A program made the translations under genes and the position numbers. Of a stretch of 64,000 nt of DNA, positions 51,651-63,692 are shown piece after piece (the stretch's first letter is position 1; every line of letters starts with the position of its first letter). Source of the stretch: Isurus oxyrinchus (taxonomy: Eukaryota); contig JANJGN010000005.1 of assembly GCA_026770705.1 (NCBI GenBank), forward strand, positions 136,586,001 through 136,650,000, given 5' to 3'. The notes beneath the pieces were generated by a model that worked only from the letters and a program-made list of their open reading frames with translations, did not search any database and was not told the origin of the DNA.

Positions 51651-51929
51651 CTGAAATTCTGTACTACCAAATGACTATATTCATTAGTTTTGAGACCTCA
51701 TAACTATTACCAGCAGAGAATATTGAATACCTTACAATACAATAGTTATTTCCACAAGACAATCCAACTGTTTACTTTGAACAATAAAGTTGAAAGTGAG
51801 TTATAGTAATCAAGGACATAGAGATCCAAGAAAAGTGATCATATACTCTTTCATCATATATGAACATTATTATACACTAAATAACTGCAGTGAAATGAAA
51901 ATCTACTGAAAGTTTACTTACATCTCACT

Positions 51930-52782
51930 ACCACTTCTCTTAACTCCTTCACTGTCTCTAAAACTATTAGGCTGCTCATCTGACATCCAGTACTGGATGA
52001 GCAGAAATTTCCTCCAATTCAATATTGATAAGACTGAAGCTACTGTCTTCAATCACCATCATAAACTCCATTCCCTTGCCACCGACTCCATACCTGTATC
52101 TGGCAACTTACTGAGGTTGAACGAGACTGTTCATAACCTTAGTGTCATACTTGACCCAAGGTGAGCATTCGACCACTCAACCACACCATCAACAAGATTG
52201 CAAGCTTCCACCTCCAAAACATCTCCTGACTCTGACCCTACTTCAGTTCATTTGTTGCCATGCCTTTGTTATCTGTGGATTTGACCATTCTAATGCACTC
52301 TCCCACTTTCTACCTTAATTGAAATTGAGCTCATCAAAAACACCAAATGCTATTCACTCATCACCTTGTGCTTGATTATCTACATTCACTCCCACTTAAG
52401 CAAACCTCAATTTTAAAATTCTTTGTTTCCAAATTCTTCCCTCCCTATCTCTGTAATCTCACCCAGCCCTACAAAGCTCCAAGATATCTGCACTTTTCCA
52501 ACTGTAGCCTCTTGAGCACCCCCAATTTAAATCACTTCACCATCGGTGGCCATGCCTTCTGCTGCCAATGCCAGAAGCTCAGGAATTCCCTCCCTAAACC
52601 TCTCCACCTCTATATCTCTCACTCCTCTTTTAACATACTATTTAAAACTTAATTACTTGACCAAGTTTTTTTAAGTCATCCATCCTAATACTACTTTATG
52701 TGGTGCAGTGTCAAATTTTGCTTCTATGAAATGCCTTGGAACGTTTTGCTATGTTAAAGGTGCCAAATAAACACAAGTTGTC
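51930..52782 (+). mobile_element. L2-clade LINE 3' portion
   Basis: Encodes SDIQYWMSRNFLQFNIDKTEATVF (L2 RT C-terminal motif); tail atgttaaaggtgcc..ataaacacaagttgt. Confidence 0.8.
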
Positions 52783-53195
52783 ACATAATGGTCTACGTCA
52801 TCATTTTATAATGAGATGAACAATGTACCAAGTCAAAAAAAGGTAAATATCTTCAACAATTCCTTACATGTTTAAGTCACAAACACCAGGAGGGCAAACG
52901 AACAATAACTTTCCTGTCAACATTAATGATTCCTCTCCCTATCAATAACCAAATTTATTTAATTACATCGGAACAGTAGGTGCATTAAAGGAAGCCTTTG
53001 CTCCCCTCTTCTTCCTTCCACCTCTTCCAAAAACTTAGCTCCACCCGGTCCTTAATGTTTAAGTGAGAAGCTCCTGAAGTTGCTATAATGTGCTATTTAT
53101 AACAGTTTGTTTAAGGTTACACAAATTAGAGAACAATCAAAATAGTAATTATTGGCTTACTTTTCATCATTGCAATAAAGCATGTTATGTCATCA

Positions 53196-53957
53196 TCATT
53201 GTGCCAGGCAATGACCATCTCCAACAAGAGAGAATCTAACCATCACCCCATGACATTCAATGGCGTTACCATCACTGAATCCCCCACCATCAACATTCTG
53301 GGGGTTACCATAGAGCAGACACTGAAATGGACCAGATATATAAATACTAGGGCTCTAAGAGCAGGTCAGAAGCTGGGAATCCTGCAACGAGTAACTCTCC
53401 TCCTGACTCCCCAAAGTCTGTCCACCATCTACAAGGGACGTCAGGAGTGTGATGGAATACTCCCCACTTGCCTGGATGAGTGCAGCTCCAACAACACTCA
53501 AGAAGCTCGACACCATGTGGGCCAAAGCAACCTGCTTGACTGGCACCCTATCCACCACTTTCAACATTCTTTCCTGCACCACTGGGACACAGTGGCACCA
53601 GTGTGTACCATCTATAAGGTACACTGTAGCATCTCACCAAGGCTTCTTCAACAGTACCTTCCAAACCTGTGACCTCTAACTAGAAGGACAAGGATAGCAA
53701 TGCATGGCAACACCACCATCTGCAAGTTCCCCTCTAAGTCACTCACCATCCTGACGAACTATATCGCTGTTCCTTCCCTGCTGCTTGTTCAAAATCCTGA
53801 AACTCCCTTCTTAACAGCATTGTGGGTGTACCTACAGCACATGGAGAGCAATGGTTCAAGAAGGCAGCTCACCAGCACCTTCTCAAGGATAATTAGCATT
53901 GGGCAATAAGTGCTAGGCTAGCCAGTGACACCCACATTCCATGAAAGAATAAAAAAT
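53196..53957 (+). mobile_element. LINE (CR1/L2 group) 3' portion
   Basis: CQAMTISNKR...INILGVTI...LKWT..I...AGQKLGILQRV...LSTIYK / MEYSPLAW (frameshifted); A-rich tail. Confidence 0.85.
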
Positions 53958-54521
53958 ACATGCATTAAAACTGTGACAAACACTGCAACTTTGTGTTATC
54001 CCATCTCCCTTCAAAATACAATAATGATGTGCCCCCTTTAGCTTTACAAGGTGCATTTTATTCCTTCCCCATGCCAGTAAACAAGTGTGTCACAGAAAAC
54101 CACCCTCTCCTTTGGTGGAAAGAGTAATTCAGGGGGAGGGGCACAGCTAGAGCAACTGAGATTTTATGATGGGCCTCCTTAATTATTGGATGATCCAATC
54201 TGCTCTGGTCATCTGTTAGTTCTTCAATGACTGAACCATGTCGACCAAGAAAATTCCAGCTTCGGCCTATCAGTTGAGAAGGGGCTGTTCAATAACCTTC
54301 TCTGTTCCTGAATTAGAGGCATTGAGTATGCTCCTCACTCCAGACTGCTCACCAATGTGTCCTGACAGTGTGTCTCAGGGTTTGATAAATTAGAACGAAT
54401 AATGTCCATTTGTGGAAGTATTTTAAAAGCAGTTCATGGGATGCACTTACATCTTCATGTGCGTGTGTGTGTATATGTAGGTAACAAGCAACAAGTTGAG
54501 AGTAACCGAAGCCAGCCTTAC

Positions 54522-55212
54522 CCGCAGTAGAGTCTGTGACTCCTCCCTCGCCTTGTTGAGTTCGGTGCTTGTTGGATATTGTGGGGTGAGGGCCCGGGGC
54601 TTGTCCCGCTCTCCTCCTCCTCCCCCCGGGAGCTGCTGCACCCCAGCTGGGAAGCCCTTGGGGTCGGCGGCCTGCATCCCATAGACCGGCCGCCCTGCGT
54701 CTGCTTCTTCCGCAGCTCTGCGGCTGTTCTTGTGGCTCTCCTGACCGCCGCCGCCGCTGCTGCTGCTGCCGCCGGGGGAGGCGCTCAGGAGGCCGAGGGC
54801 AGCCTGAGCCGGGTAGGGGCTGCCCTTGTGCGGCTCCCCCGGCGCCGCGCCCTCCTTGACGCCCCAGCCTGCCTTCCTCGTGTCTTCCCTGGAGGTGTCG
54901 GCCCAGCCTCGCCCCTCCTTCTCCTCGGCGGCTGGCGGAGGGTGGCTGCTGCTGCTGCTGCTGCCGCTGTCAGGCGGGGTGGGAGTGCGGTGCCGCATCT
55001 CCTGCTCGCCGCCCAGGGAGTTGTGGTTGCTGGTGCCGGCTGTGGGGGTTGCTGGTGCCGCTGGAGGTGGGGACTCGCCACCGCTGGTGCTGCTGCTGCT
55101 CGCCGGCGGCTCCGGGAGCGCACAGTGGGCTGTGTTGAAATGCTCCAGTAATGCCTGAGTGCCCGGGGCGCTCCACTTACACTGGCGGCACTTGTAGCAA
55201 TTATGAGCCCTC
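54522..55212 (-). CDS. TRPS1: TRPS1 third large coding exon (C2H2 finger and linker preceding the GATA finger)
   Basis: Acceptor tgcctTAG|G completes the Arg codon, giving RRAHNCYKCRQCKWSAPGTQALLEHFNTAH...AQAALGLL...RPVYG...EESQTLLR. Donor CGG|GTAAGG. 691 nt, phase 2 in and phase 0 out. Confidence 0.95.
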
Positions 55213-55818
55213 CTAAGGCACACAAAAAGATAACTTGAGGGTTAAGTTAAAAGCAACATCCATTCCTTGCAACGTTTTTAACAGGAATCCGCGCAATGTG
55301 TGTGTGTTCTTTTTTAAAGTTGACAAACTTTTAAAGTTAGATAAAGTACATTTTTTAAAAATCTGTTGGACTTCAGGGAAGTTGGACCAAACGAAGAGAT
55401 AACGCCCAATATTGAGGAGAGCAAGTCAGTATCATTCTAACCTTTACAGCGTTGCATGGATTCACCTCAGTTACAACCGAGGTTAGTTCTAGCTTAAGGA
55501 GCAGCCAACTTGCATACACTATATACCCGAGCATGCACTAAGGTTTGCGTTCGTGACATGTTTTCAAAACTCACCGAGCTATCTTAGTGAACTGTAGCTA
55601 GTTATCATAATCTGATGACAGAGTAACTATAGAGCATCACCAAAAACAATCCATCTGATTTCCTCTGCTTTGATGTTTTTCAAAGGAAGATTATTTAAAC
55701 TTTGCATGTTTTGGGTACCTCTTCTTCCCGGTACTAATTTTTAAGCCCCCGCCCCCTGTCATAGTTTAGGTTCAGTGCAGAGACAACTCATCAGATAGGG
55801 GAGCATTTAAAATGTTAC

Positions 55819-56993
55819 CTGTAGTGTCGGAATATCTCTTCCTCTACTTGAGTAACAAAATCGCATTTGGTACAACAGTGCTCTTCGGCCTCTTCGCTGG
55901 TCACTTGCCCGTCACTTCCCTGTTGGCCATTCTCAGCCTTGCCCGGGGTGTGTGAGCTGTGCATGGTCTCGTAATGCTGCAGGAGCACATCTACATCGTG
56001 AACTGTGAATGAGCACTGATCACACTGGTGCTTAACCCTGGCACTCCCTCCCATCCCGTGGGACGAGTGCAAGAGCAACAGGGTGCAATGGGAGCAATTA
56101 CTTTTCCTGCAAGCGAACGGGTAGGTGATGTCCCCCAGGTGCTTTTCTGGGCCACACAGTCCCCCGGGGCAGTACTGGCAGTGTTTAATGGTACATTTGT
56201 GAACGTTGTGAATGTAATGGTAATGGCGGAGCAGGGGTCCCACAGCGATCACGTCCGGCCCATGACTGGTGGAGTACCTGAATTTGCACAGCTGGCAGTT
56301 ATAACTGGTGACCATGCTCTCCTCCGCTGACTTGGTGGCGTCTGTCTTTCGAGCCGAGCTTGTGCCTTTCTCCGTTTTAACCGAGAATTCCCCGTCGAAT
56401 TTATTAGCCCCGAGAGCCTGACGCTCTTTCGAAGAGTCGTTCTGGTGAAGTGTGGGCCCCTGCTTGCCAACTTTGTCCGGGAAATCTCTAGTAAAGTAGC
56501 TAGTGCGCTGATCCTCCCCGTGCTGTTTGTTATAATGATCCGTGAGCTTTAAGGTGTCCGAGGACTCGCAGCTGAAGCTGCAAAACCTACACCAGAAGTA
56601 ACAGGTAGCGTCCATGCCATTCTGTTTGGAGGTGTCCACCGATTTGATGGGCACAGAGTAGCCAATGGGGGTGTCATCCGTGGCCTTAATTGTGGACTTG
56701 TCCTGCCATTTGCCCATGTCTTCTGGGTCTGTTGGACGAGGTAAGTGGCGCTCTGTCACGGGGGTGCCTTTGCTGGCGTTTCTCTCAGGTTTGTTGGCAT
56801 CCTTCCCCGACTCTAGAGCAGAAGGCACACTTTTCACTTTGTTGGGATGCGCTGATACGAAGTGCTGTTCGAGTTCAGTCGAAGAACTGCCCATGTATGT
56901 AAAATTGCAGAATTTGCACCGGAAATACTTGGTGTTCCCCTGACAGTCGGGTGTTTTGCGTCCGATGCCAATGAACATTCCTCCCAAAGTAAC
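55819..56993 (-). CDS. TRPS1: TRPS1 second large coding exon (several C2H2 zinc fingers)
   Basis: [35 protein letters not shown]...[13 protein letters not shown]...[19 protein letters not shown]. Acceptor tctcCAG|GTT, donor TACAG|GTAACA. 1175 nt, phase 0 in and phase 2 out. Confidence 0.97.
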
Positions 56994-59037
56994 CTGGAGA
57001 AAAAAAAGGAAACAAAAGACAAATGTGCTTTCCACTGCAACTTGAGATGTCAGCAACAATGTGGCCGTTTCCCAGAAAATATCACCTTCCGTCGCTGTTA
57101 TTTGTAAACTTTATGATACCGACAGTTTGACAAGCTGTAATGTTTCAGTACACTGTCGCCATCAATGTCTATTGGTTTAGAGTGCTTATTGGTCCCAATT
57201 ATCAATTTTTGTCTGTTATTTAGATGTTTCCGTACATCAACCGGCCTCGTTATTCTTCCTGCTATTCTCATGATCTCTTTACCATTGTTTATAAGAAATC
57301 AAAAATAGAAGTGTGACAACGGTTGTATAGTCAGAGTAGGAAAAGGGGGAACGAAATGGCACTACACAGCTACCCTTTTGGTCAAATGGTCTTCATTTCT
57401 TTTTTATTAACCCTTTCAATGGCACAAGTTAACAAATTAAAGTGGGGAGTCGAGGTTACTGACGTAAAAAGTTAAGCATTGGTATAACTAATGAAGATTA
57501 AAGGTGCTATTGGCTGCATCCATAGACTTATAATAGTTTGCAGTCATTAGTTACAGAAAGAGCATCTTGAGAACCGATTTTACAAGCACTGGGTGTGGCC
57601 TATTAATACGGTGATGAAGGACTGAACTTAAAACTGCACTCTGACGGGCTCAAAAAATCTAATTCAATGATACTGTGATGGGGTACAGACGGACATGGCC
57701 AGGGTGACTGTAACTGCTCGGTAATGGCAGGGGGGCGGCTGGGGCGGAGAACGACCTCCAATTTAACTTATGCGGAGCAACTTATTTAAAATCTAATTGC
57801 CTATTTCATGCTTTCTAAATATTCCAACTCTCTAACGATGCATGTCTTTTTGTTGTGCACGTTTGATGCCAATAGTGAGATTTCATAAACAAGGCTCTCT
57901 TTTTTCTGCCACTTCCTTATTTTAAACTGAAACTTTCTTCCCCCTGCATTCTGAAGTTTACCACAGGCCTTAGATGTTGAGTTCTTTTCTGAGTTATTAT
58001 TGATTCCAACATTGGATAAAATAGATGGTCAAATGTTCGGCTTAGGGGAAATAGCTTTAAAACTAGTTCAAAAGTGTTCATCAAACGGCACAAAAATTAA
58101 CAAATAGATAATTGCCTCAAAAATATTGTTTAATAACAAGGAACTGCCCGTTAATCTTTCCTATTTAGGATTTCTTCAGTTATTACTGTCCTGCCCGTTC
58201 CACATGTAGCTGTGCAATGCAGCAACCTATGTAATAGCTAGGAAACTGCACCAAATAGCCAAAAGAAACCAAAGATTCAGAGAAAAATCCTCAGCAAAGA
58301 AAAAACGATTGTTTTCTCTGAACTGACAAGTGTGCGAATCGGACACGTCTAAATAATATTGCTAAAAGATTAAGTTCGGTTGCTTTCTAGAAGTGTCATC
58401 ACCAGCTAGTTCACTGCAGTGAATCCTGAAGTGAGCATTCAGCGGCAACTACAGACAAATTGATATTAAAAATGAATTAATTAAGTGGAGACAGCTTTTC
58501 ATTAACAGTAATGGACTGAAATGGTGTTTATGTTGTCTGATCCGTTTAACAGCGACCTTCCGAGCCGATTTGCAAGCTGTATAGTCAGTAAACAAATTAC
58601 TGCAATAAAATGTAAATAGCTTTTTAGATGAAAACGATCAGGATCTATCCCAATTAGCAAAATTCGTATCGAGGGTGGCGATAGGCTTCTGCAGTTAATT
58701 GTAGGATTTCAAGATACACTAACCATTCGGTGAAAACAAAGATATTTTTACAGGGAGAAAAAGATGTATTTTCAGCCACAGTGAACCAGTGGTGTGAAAT
58801 TAATATTGTTCGACTTTGTCACTGTATACTTTATATCATTGACACTAAATACAGTTGTGCCACATACTATGTTCTCTACTTGGATTATCCCCACATGTTT
58901 TCATTGTGCCTCCAATGATTATCTAAAATCCCACTGTACTGATGACTCGCCCTTCCCCCAACCACCCTGCGGTATATTGATATTCCTTATAAAGAGGTCG
59001 GCCCAGTCAGAGTTTTATCTGTACCACTTGTCATACC

Positions 59038-59250
59038 ATAGAATCACAGGATGGTTACAGCACAAAAGAAGGCATGAGGCCCGTCGTGTCTGTGCTGGTC
59101 CACTAAAGAGACAATTCCACCTCCACTGCTCCCCCCCCCCCCCCCCCCCCCCCATCAGGTAAGGACCCAATTCTGTTCTGAAAGCCTCAGTTGAGCCTGC
59201 CTCCACCACCCTCCCAGGCAGCGCATCCCGATCCTAACCTGCCTGGAAAA
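59038..59250 (-). mobile_element. CR1-type LINE 3' tail containing a C23 run
   Basis: atagaatcacaggatggttacagcacaaaagaaggc...gagcctgcctccaccaccctcccaggcagcgcatcc. Confidence 0.7.
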
Positions 59251-59300
59251 GGTTTGTATCAAGTCTTGGAGGTTGGGCTCAGCTAGGCTGAGATACCTAC

Positions 59301-60238
59301 ATGCACATCATAGGTCCCATTTAACAGGGCTGGTCGCTGAGTACTCAGATCCTGCAACATCCCTGTAAGCAAGCCCGCGTTTCGGCTCAGTTTCTGCAAG
59401 TCTTTGGACTGGGAGAACTGCACCATGTTATGCAATGCGAGGATTTTGGTATCCAGGTCCGCATCTTGGCGGGTGCGGTTATGCAGCCCGAGGTGGTATT
59501 TGCGGAAATGTTTGATCAAGTCGGTTGGGTCGTTGCCATAATAGCCATAACCACAAATGTTGCACTTGAAGTCTTGCAGTTCTGGGGTCAGGGGCGCCGT
59601 GTCTGGGTTATCAGTCAGGTTTTCACTTTTGGATTGATCAAGCGCAACAGTGCAATCTGAAAGCACCTGAGAGTTTTCTAAAGGCACCAAGCCCGGGCTT
59701 GAGCTCTGATGGTCGGCTGGGTCCCCCCCGAGCAGCTGCCCTTTCTCCCGCCCACTCTGGGGTGACTCTGGAGCTCTGTGGTTTAATTCCGAGAGGTTTC
59801 CAGAGACGCTGCAGCTCCTGCCATCGCCATCATCTGGTTCTGATCTACCAGGAGACTTCCAGGCCTCGCAGACTCGAGCAGCAGCCTGAGATGAGAGAGC
59901 AGACATATTTCTGTCTGTCACCTCATCTTGCGGGAAGGATGGAACATTTCCTCCCTTCTTGTGGCTTTCATAATTGAAGCCATTCCCTTCGCCCAGTGCG
60001 GGGCTTTTCAAGTCGATTTTGATGCCGGCGACGTCTGCGACACGCAGACAAAGTTCCTCCTTGTTAAGTGACTCTAAAGCATCTTGTTGGTTGTTGTGTT
60101 CCTGCATGAGATCCGGCAGTCCTGAGTTTTTTGCAGCCTCCGGGTTCACGGCACTTTCTGGCTGAGAGACCTGGCAATTCTCACTTTCGCCTTGGCTCAC
60201 AAGATTTCTCAGTGGCGGATTCTTTTTCCGGACCATAT
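59301..60238 (-). CDS. TRPS1: TRPS1 first large coding exon (ATG at 60236; N-terminus and first C2H2 finger)
   Basis: Translation MVRKKNPPLRN...FKCNICGYGYYGNDPTDLIKHFRKYHLGLHNRTRQDADLDTKILALHNMVQFS...LLNGTYDVH matches TRPS1. Acceptor ttccgcacAG|ATATGG, donor CAT|GTAGGT. ATG to donor is 936 nt (phase 0). Confidence 0.97.
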
Positions 60239-62833
60239 CTGTGCGGAAGAGAAAGATACAGATGAACACATGCTTCTCTTAAGGTCATTGAAAAATCTCA
60301 AAAGATTGGAGAGAAAGGCTGCCCACTCTCTGGCTAAACTTGGAGCAGCGCAAAGGCGGTTTTCCCTTATGTAGATGAACACTTCTAAGCTACTGCTCTG
60401 TTTCCGTGTCATCCTAATCCGTTTTCTTTTTTAAAAAAAAAGTTATTCACGCTTTTGTTGTGGTTATTTACATAGTTTTGCAGGGATATGTTTACGGGAC
60501 GGACCCGCCCAAGTTTACACAGATGAATCTATTGTGGAATTTTGACAGAAGAGGGGAAAGGAGTTCTTAAGCAAACACCACTGCATCTCTCCAGCAGTAA
60601 CAAACCCACAATACATCTGCTTTACTTTAAATCTCCTTGAGAAAATTGTAATTGCAGTTACATGTAGTGTCTGCGTGTGTACGTACATTGTATCTCAATG
60701 GCTAGAGACCTATAAATATATTAAAGAAAACTGTCACAGCAATGAAATGTTCGCTTAAAGTTCCTATCGATGAAAGTACAGGGAGCCCGGCCTCTTGTTT
60801 CAATGAATTAAAGCACTAACAGTCCCCTTAGGAAAGTCTGCGACTTTCCAGGAGAATACCTTGCAGTGGTCCAAACTGTACTTCTAAAGACCTTAAAAGA
60901 CTGTCCCTCCGACAGACCAAAGCAAATCAAAATGATGTGGATGACTGACAGATGGATGGAGGTTTTCTTTAGGAATAGAGCCGTTTATCATCGTTCCCCT
61001 GAAATAATAACTTAAAAGGATCTGTTTTCCTTTAAGAATATGAACAGCTTTATCCCATGTCGGCATTTCTATTTATTTCGAATGAATTAATAAAACCGAG
61101 AGGCAAGTATTTTGACTATAAATTTGAATTGACTCCCTGTTCCCGGCGACTAGTGCCTATTCAGTGACAATAACTATGGTAACTAGTAGTTAACATGTTC
61201 CAGCCACAGTACGTAGTTTAATAAATCACTGGAACATGTGGATAATACCACTCTTCATTCCGAAGAGGGAGGGGACAATGTAGGCTTCCTCAATCTCGAT
61301 GGCTGTTCAAAAAATAATCAAGACCTTTAAACAACGAGTCTGTGCTGGTCGGGCCTACCTTCTGACGTGGATTTCAACGTTAGCTCTTTCCTTGGCGGAC
61401 ACTATATTTGATGCAAATTCTCAGTACTGATGGTATTTAGTTAACGCTGAGGAACGTTTACCAACCCAAGTATAAAATCATCAGCCACTAAAAGCCAGCC
61501 AGGGTGGGTTTTTTTTCTCTATATTACGTGTCCTGACAATAAGCCAGAAACTGCAAATAAAATGGGTAACTCGGTAAAGCACAGCTTTGGAAAACGTCAC
61601 AGACCATCTGCTTGAATAAGTTTTATTAGATGACTGTGACTACCACAACACAAAAAAAAACTTTCCAAAGATTTCAAAAGGCCAGTCGCCGTGAGCTTGG
61701 TCTGTTATCTAACGAACATTTCAAACAATTAATCTTCCTTTTCGACTATCCCACCACGCTGACTCCCAAAATGTGTATATTCCACAACTTTCCAGTGTCT
61801 CTTATTTATGTTGGTGCCAATAAATCTCTCCAGATGGCTTAAACTTGAACGAATATTCACTTCAATAGTGTGTAAGAGCCAGGAACTGATGTTGTAGGCT
61901 GAAAGTCAACAGGTTTAGAATGACAGCAAGACATTTTAAGTGGAAATTTACACCGTTTCGAGTCAAAACAACCAACTTTTTTCCATCAATGCCCATCAAG
62001 GGCAGCCCTAACTTTGGAGACTCATTGCTTACTTTATGTACTCTATAGATGTACTGACATTATAATAAATATATAGTCAGATCCGCTCATATCCATTCGG
62101 GGGAACATGCGCATTGCTAGTTTGGCTCTGTGAGCAAACTTTAGCAAGTCCCAAATTGTTTCTGGGCTGGACACTGCCATTATAACCAGTCACATGGTCA
62201 AAGTATAAACAACCACATTGTGCACTGCAATTAAGTGCGCACAACACGACGCCCTCCCCATGATGCACTGATATTACCAATAAATATGCAAACATAAGCG
62301 CTATTAAAAAAAAACGTGTGGCTATTTACTGTACATTTTAGTAGGGGAATTCACACACGTGATTATGAATCATATAAAATACGTTAACAAAATTATATGT
62401 TAAAAAAGTGATCCTAGCTATTGATGCAAACATGTGTGAGAGCTGTCCCTGCAACAAGCAATTCAGAGTCAGGCTGTTAGTGGATCAAGTAAATTGCATT
62501 TTCCACCCGCCATAAGGATATTATTTTGGCAACTGTATTTCAATATCTCAGCCCTTCATTGTGGTTTAATTTATATTATTGCGAAGCTAAGGGGCTGATA
62601 TAGTACAATACAGATCTCGGTGGTAAATCAATACAAGTTTTTGTTCATTCCACACACGCCAGATTGGCCCAGCGATGCCTGTATTCATTATCTGATCAAG
62701 CACTGTATAAACTTGCCATTAATCATAACATCAAATTACACAATATTCCTTATAGCAGAGTGATTATTGCAAGCTAACCCACCTATCTATTCTTATTCTA
62801 TCTTATCTATTTATGCTGTTAACACAGCCATAC

Positions 62834-62996
62834 TATTGCTGTAATGTGCTCTGGCGTAATTGGGAATTTGCCATTGAGACCGTTCTCTTGCTCCTCAAAT
62901 GAAAACTCAGCCAGAAGTGATCACGTCTGGGAGACAAGAATCGTTAATCAACACGTGCTAGGAACTCGACTGAACAACTGCTTTCCGCAACATTTC
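62834..62996 (-). other. Candidate upstream 5' exon of TRPS1
   Basis: Acceptor-like tctttgtgtccttatcacAG|G and donor-like ATA|GTATGG flank 163 nt. It lies 2.6 kb upstream of the first coding exon, whose acceptor requires an upstream exon. No homology confirmed. Confidence 0.3.
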
Positions 62997-63636
62997 CTGT
63001 GATAAGGACACAAAGACTTGCAAAGAGATCAGCCTTCAATAGGCTCATAGTTCATGTGAATGCAAACGTGACATTCACTTTACACAGTATTACTGAACAG
63101 TCCGGGCCCACTCAAGGTAGTGGAGATTTTTCTCAAAGCCAGTTTCACAAATACAACTGAAAGCTCTTTTTTAAAACCACACCAGCATCGGCCTCCATTA
63201 AATGGTACCTTTTAAATTTTTGGAAAGCTTCTATCAGACATCAACGCTTTAATGTCAATGGTGAAACGCTCTGAACAGTTATTTTACCAGATTAGCCCTG
63301 CTGTTCATATGTGCCATGTACACTTTTGTACCTCTGAGTGACAAAACTCATTTGGAGTGGCTTCGTTAAGTGATTACATCTGCCGTTCTTGTCAGACACA
63401 ATAGTTACTCTAATGAAACGCCTTCAGAAAGTGCACGAGTGGAAACAGTAACACCCAAGAACCGTTCGGTCCAACTCCCCGATTAAGCGAAAGCTGCAAA
63501 TCCTGTAAATCAGGATTCTGAGGCTCAAAACATCTTAAGTGGCACTTGGAGAGAAATAAACAATAAAAAGTTTCACGAATTTCCAACTTTGTCGCAGCAT
63601 AGAAACCAACAGCTAATAAACTATTGCCTGAAAATC

Positions 63637-63692
63637 TGGGGCCGGTGTGGGGGAGCTGAGGGGCGGAGGGGTGAGGGGCGATTGCGGCGTGC
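63637..63692. promoter_or_regulatory. GC-box cluster (Sp/KLF-like)
   Basis: GGGGCGGAGG and GGGGCGAT within a short G-rich, CpG-rich patch upstream of the coding exons. Confidence 0.3.

Larger units (their letters stand above)
1..54521 (-). other. TRPS1: Very long TRPS1 intron (>54 kb) upstream of the GATA-finger exon; continues beyond the window
   Basis: Begins at donor GTAAGG (54521). I found no sequence encoding the expected RRRGSGVFCANC exon, by eye or in the ORF track. The mammalian intron at this position is also very large. Confidence 0.75.

Noticed and set aside
54447-54521. ORF-track extensions beyond splice sites (VRLASVTL..., MFICIFLFRTD, MLLTSQ...)
   Set aside because: Intronic read-through; TRPS1 similarity stops exactly at the GT/AG junctions.
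54579-55225. Overlapping antisense and alternative-frame ORFs (190, 146, 110 aa) over the third exon
   Set aside because: Expected from stop-codon scarcity in very GC-rich triplet-repeat sequence; Ala/Gly/Arg-rich with no domain.
56028-57107. Plus-strand ORFs antisense to the second exon
   Set aside because: Shadow ORFs of the TRPS1 coding sequence.
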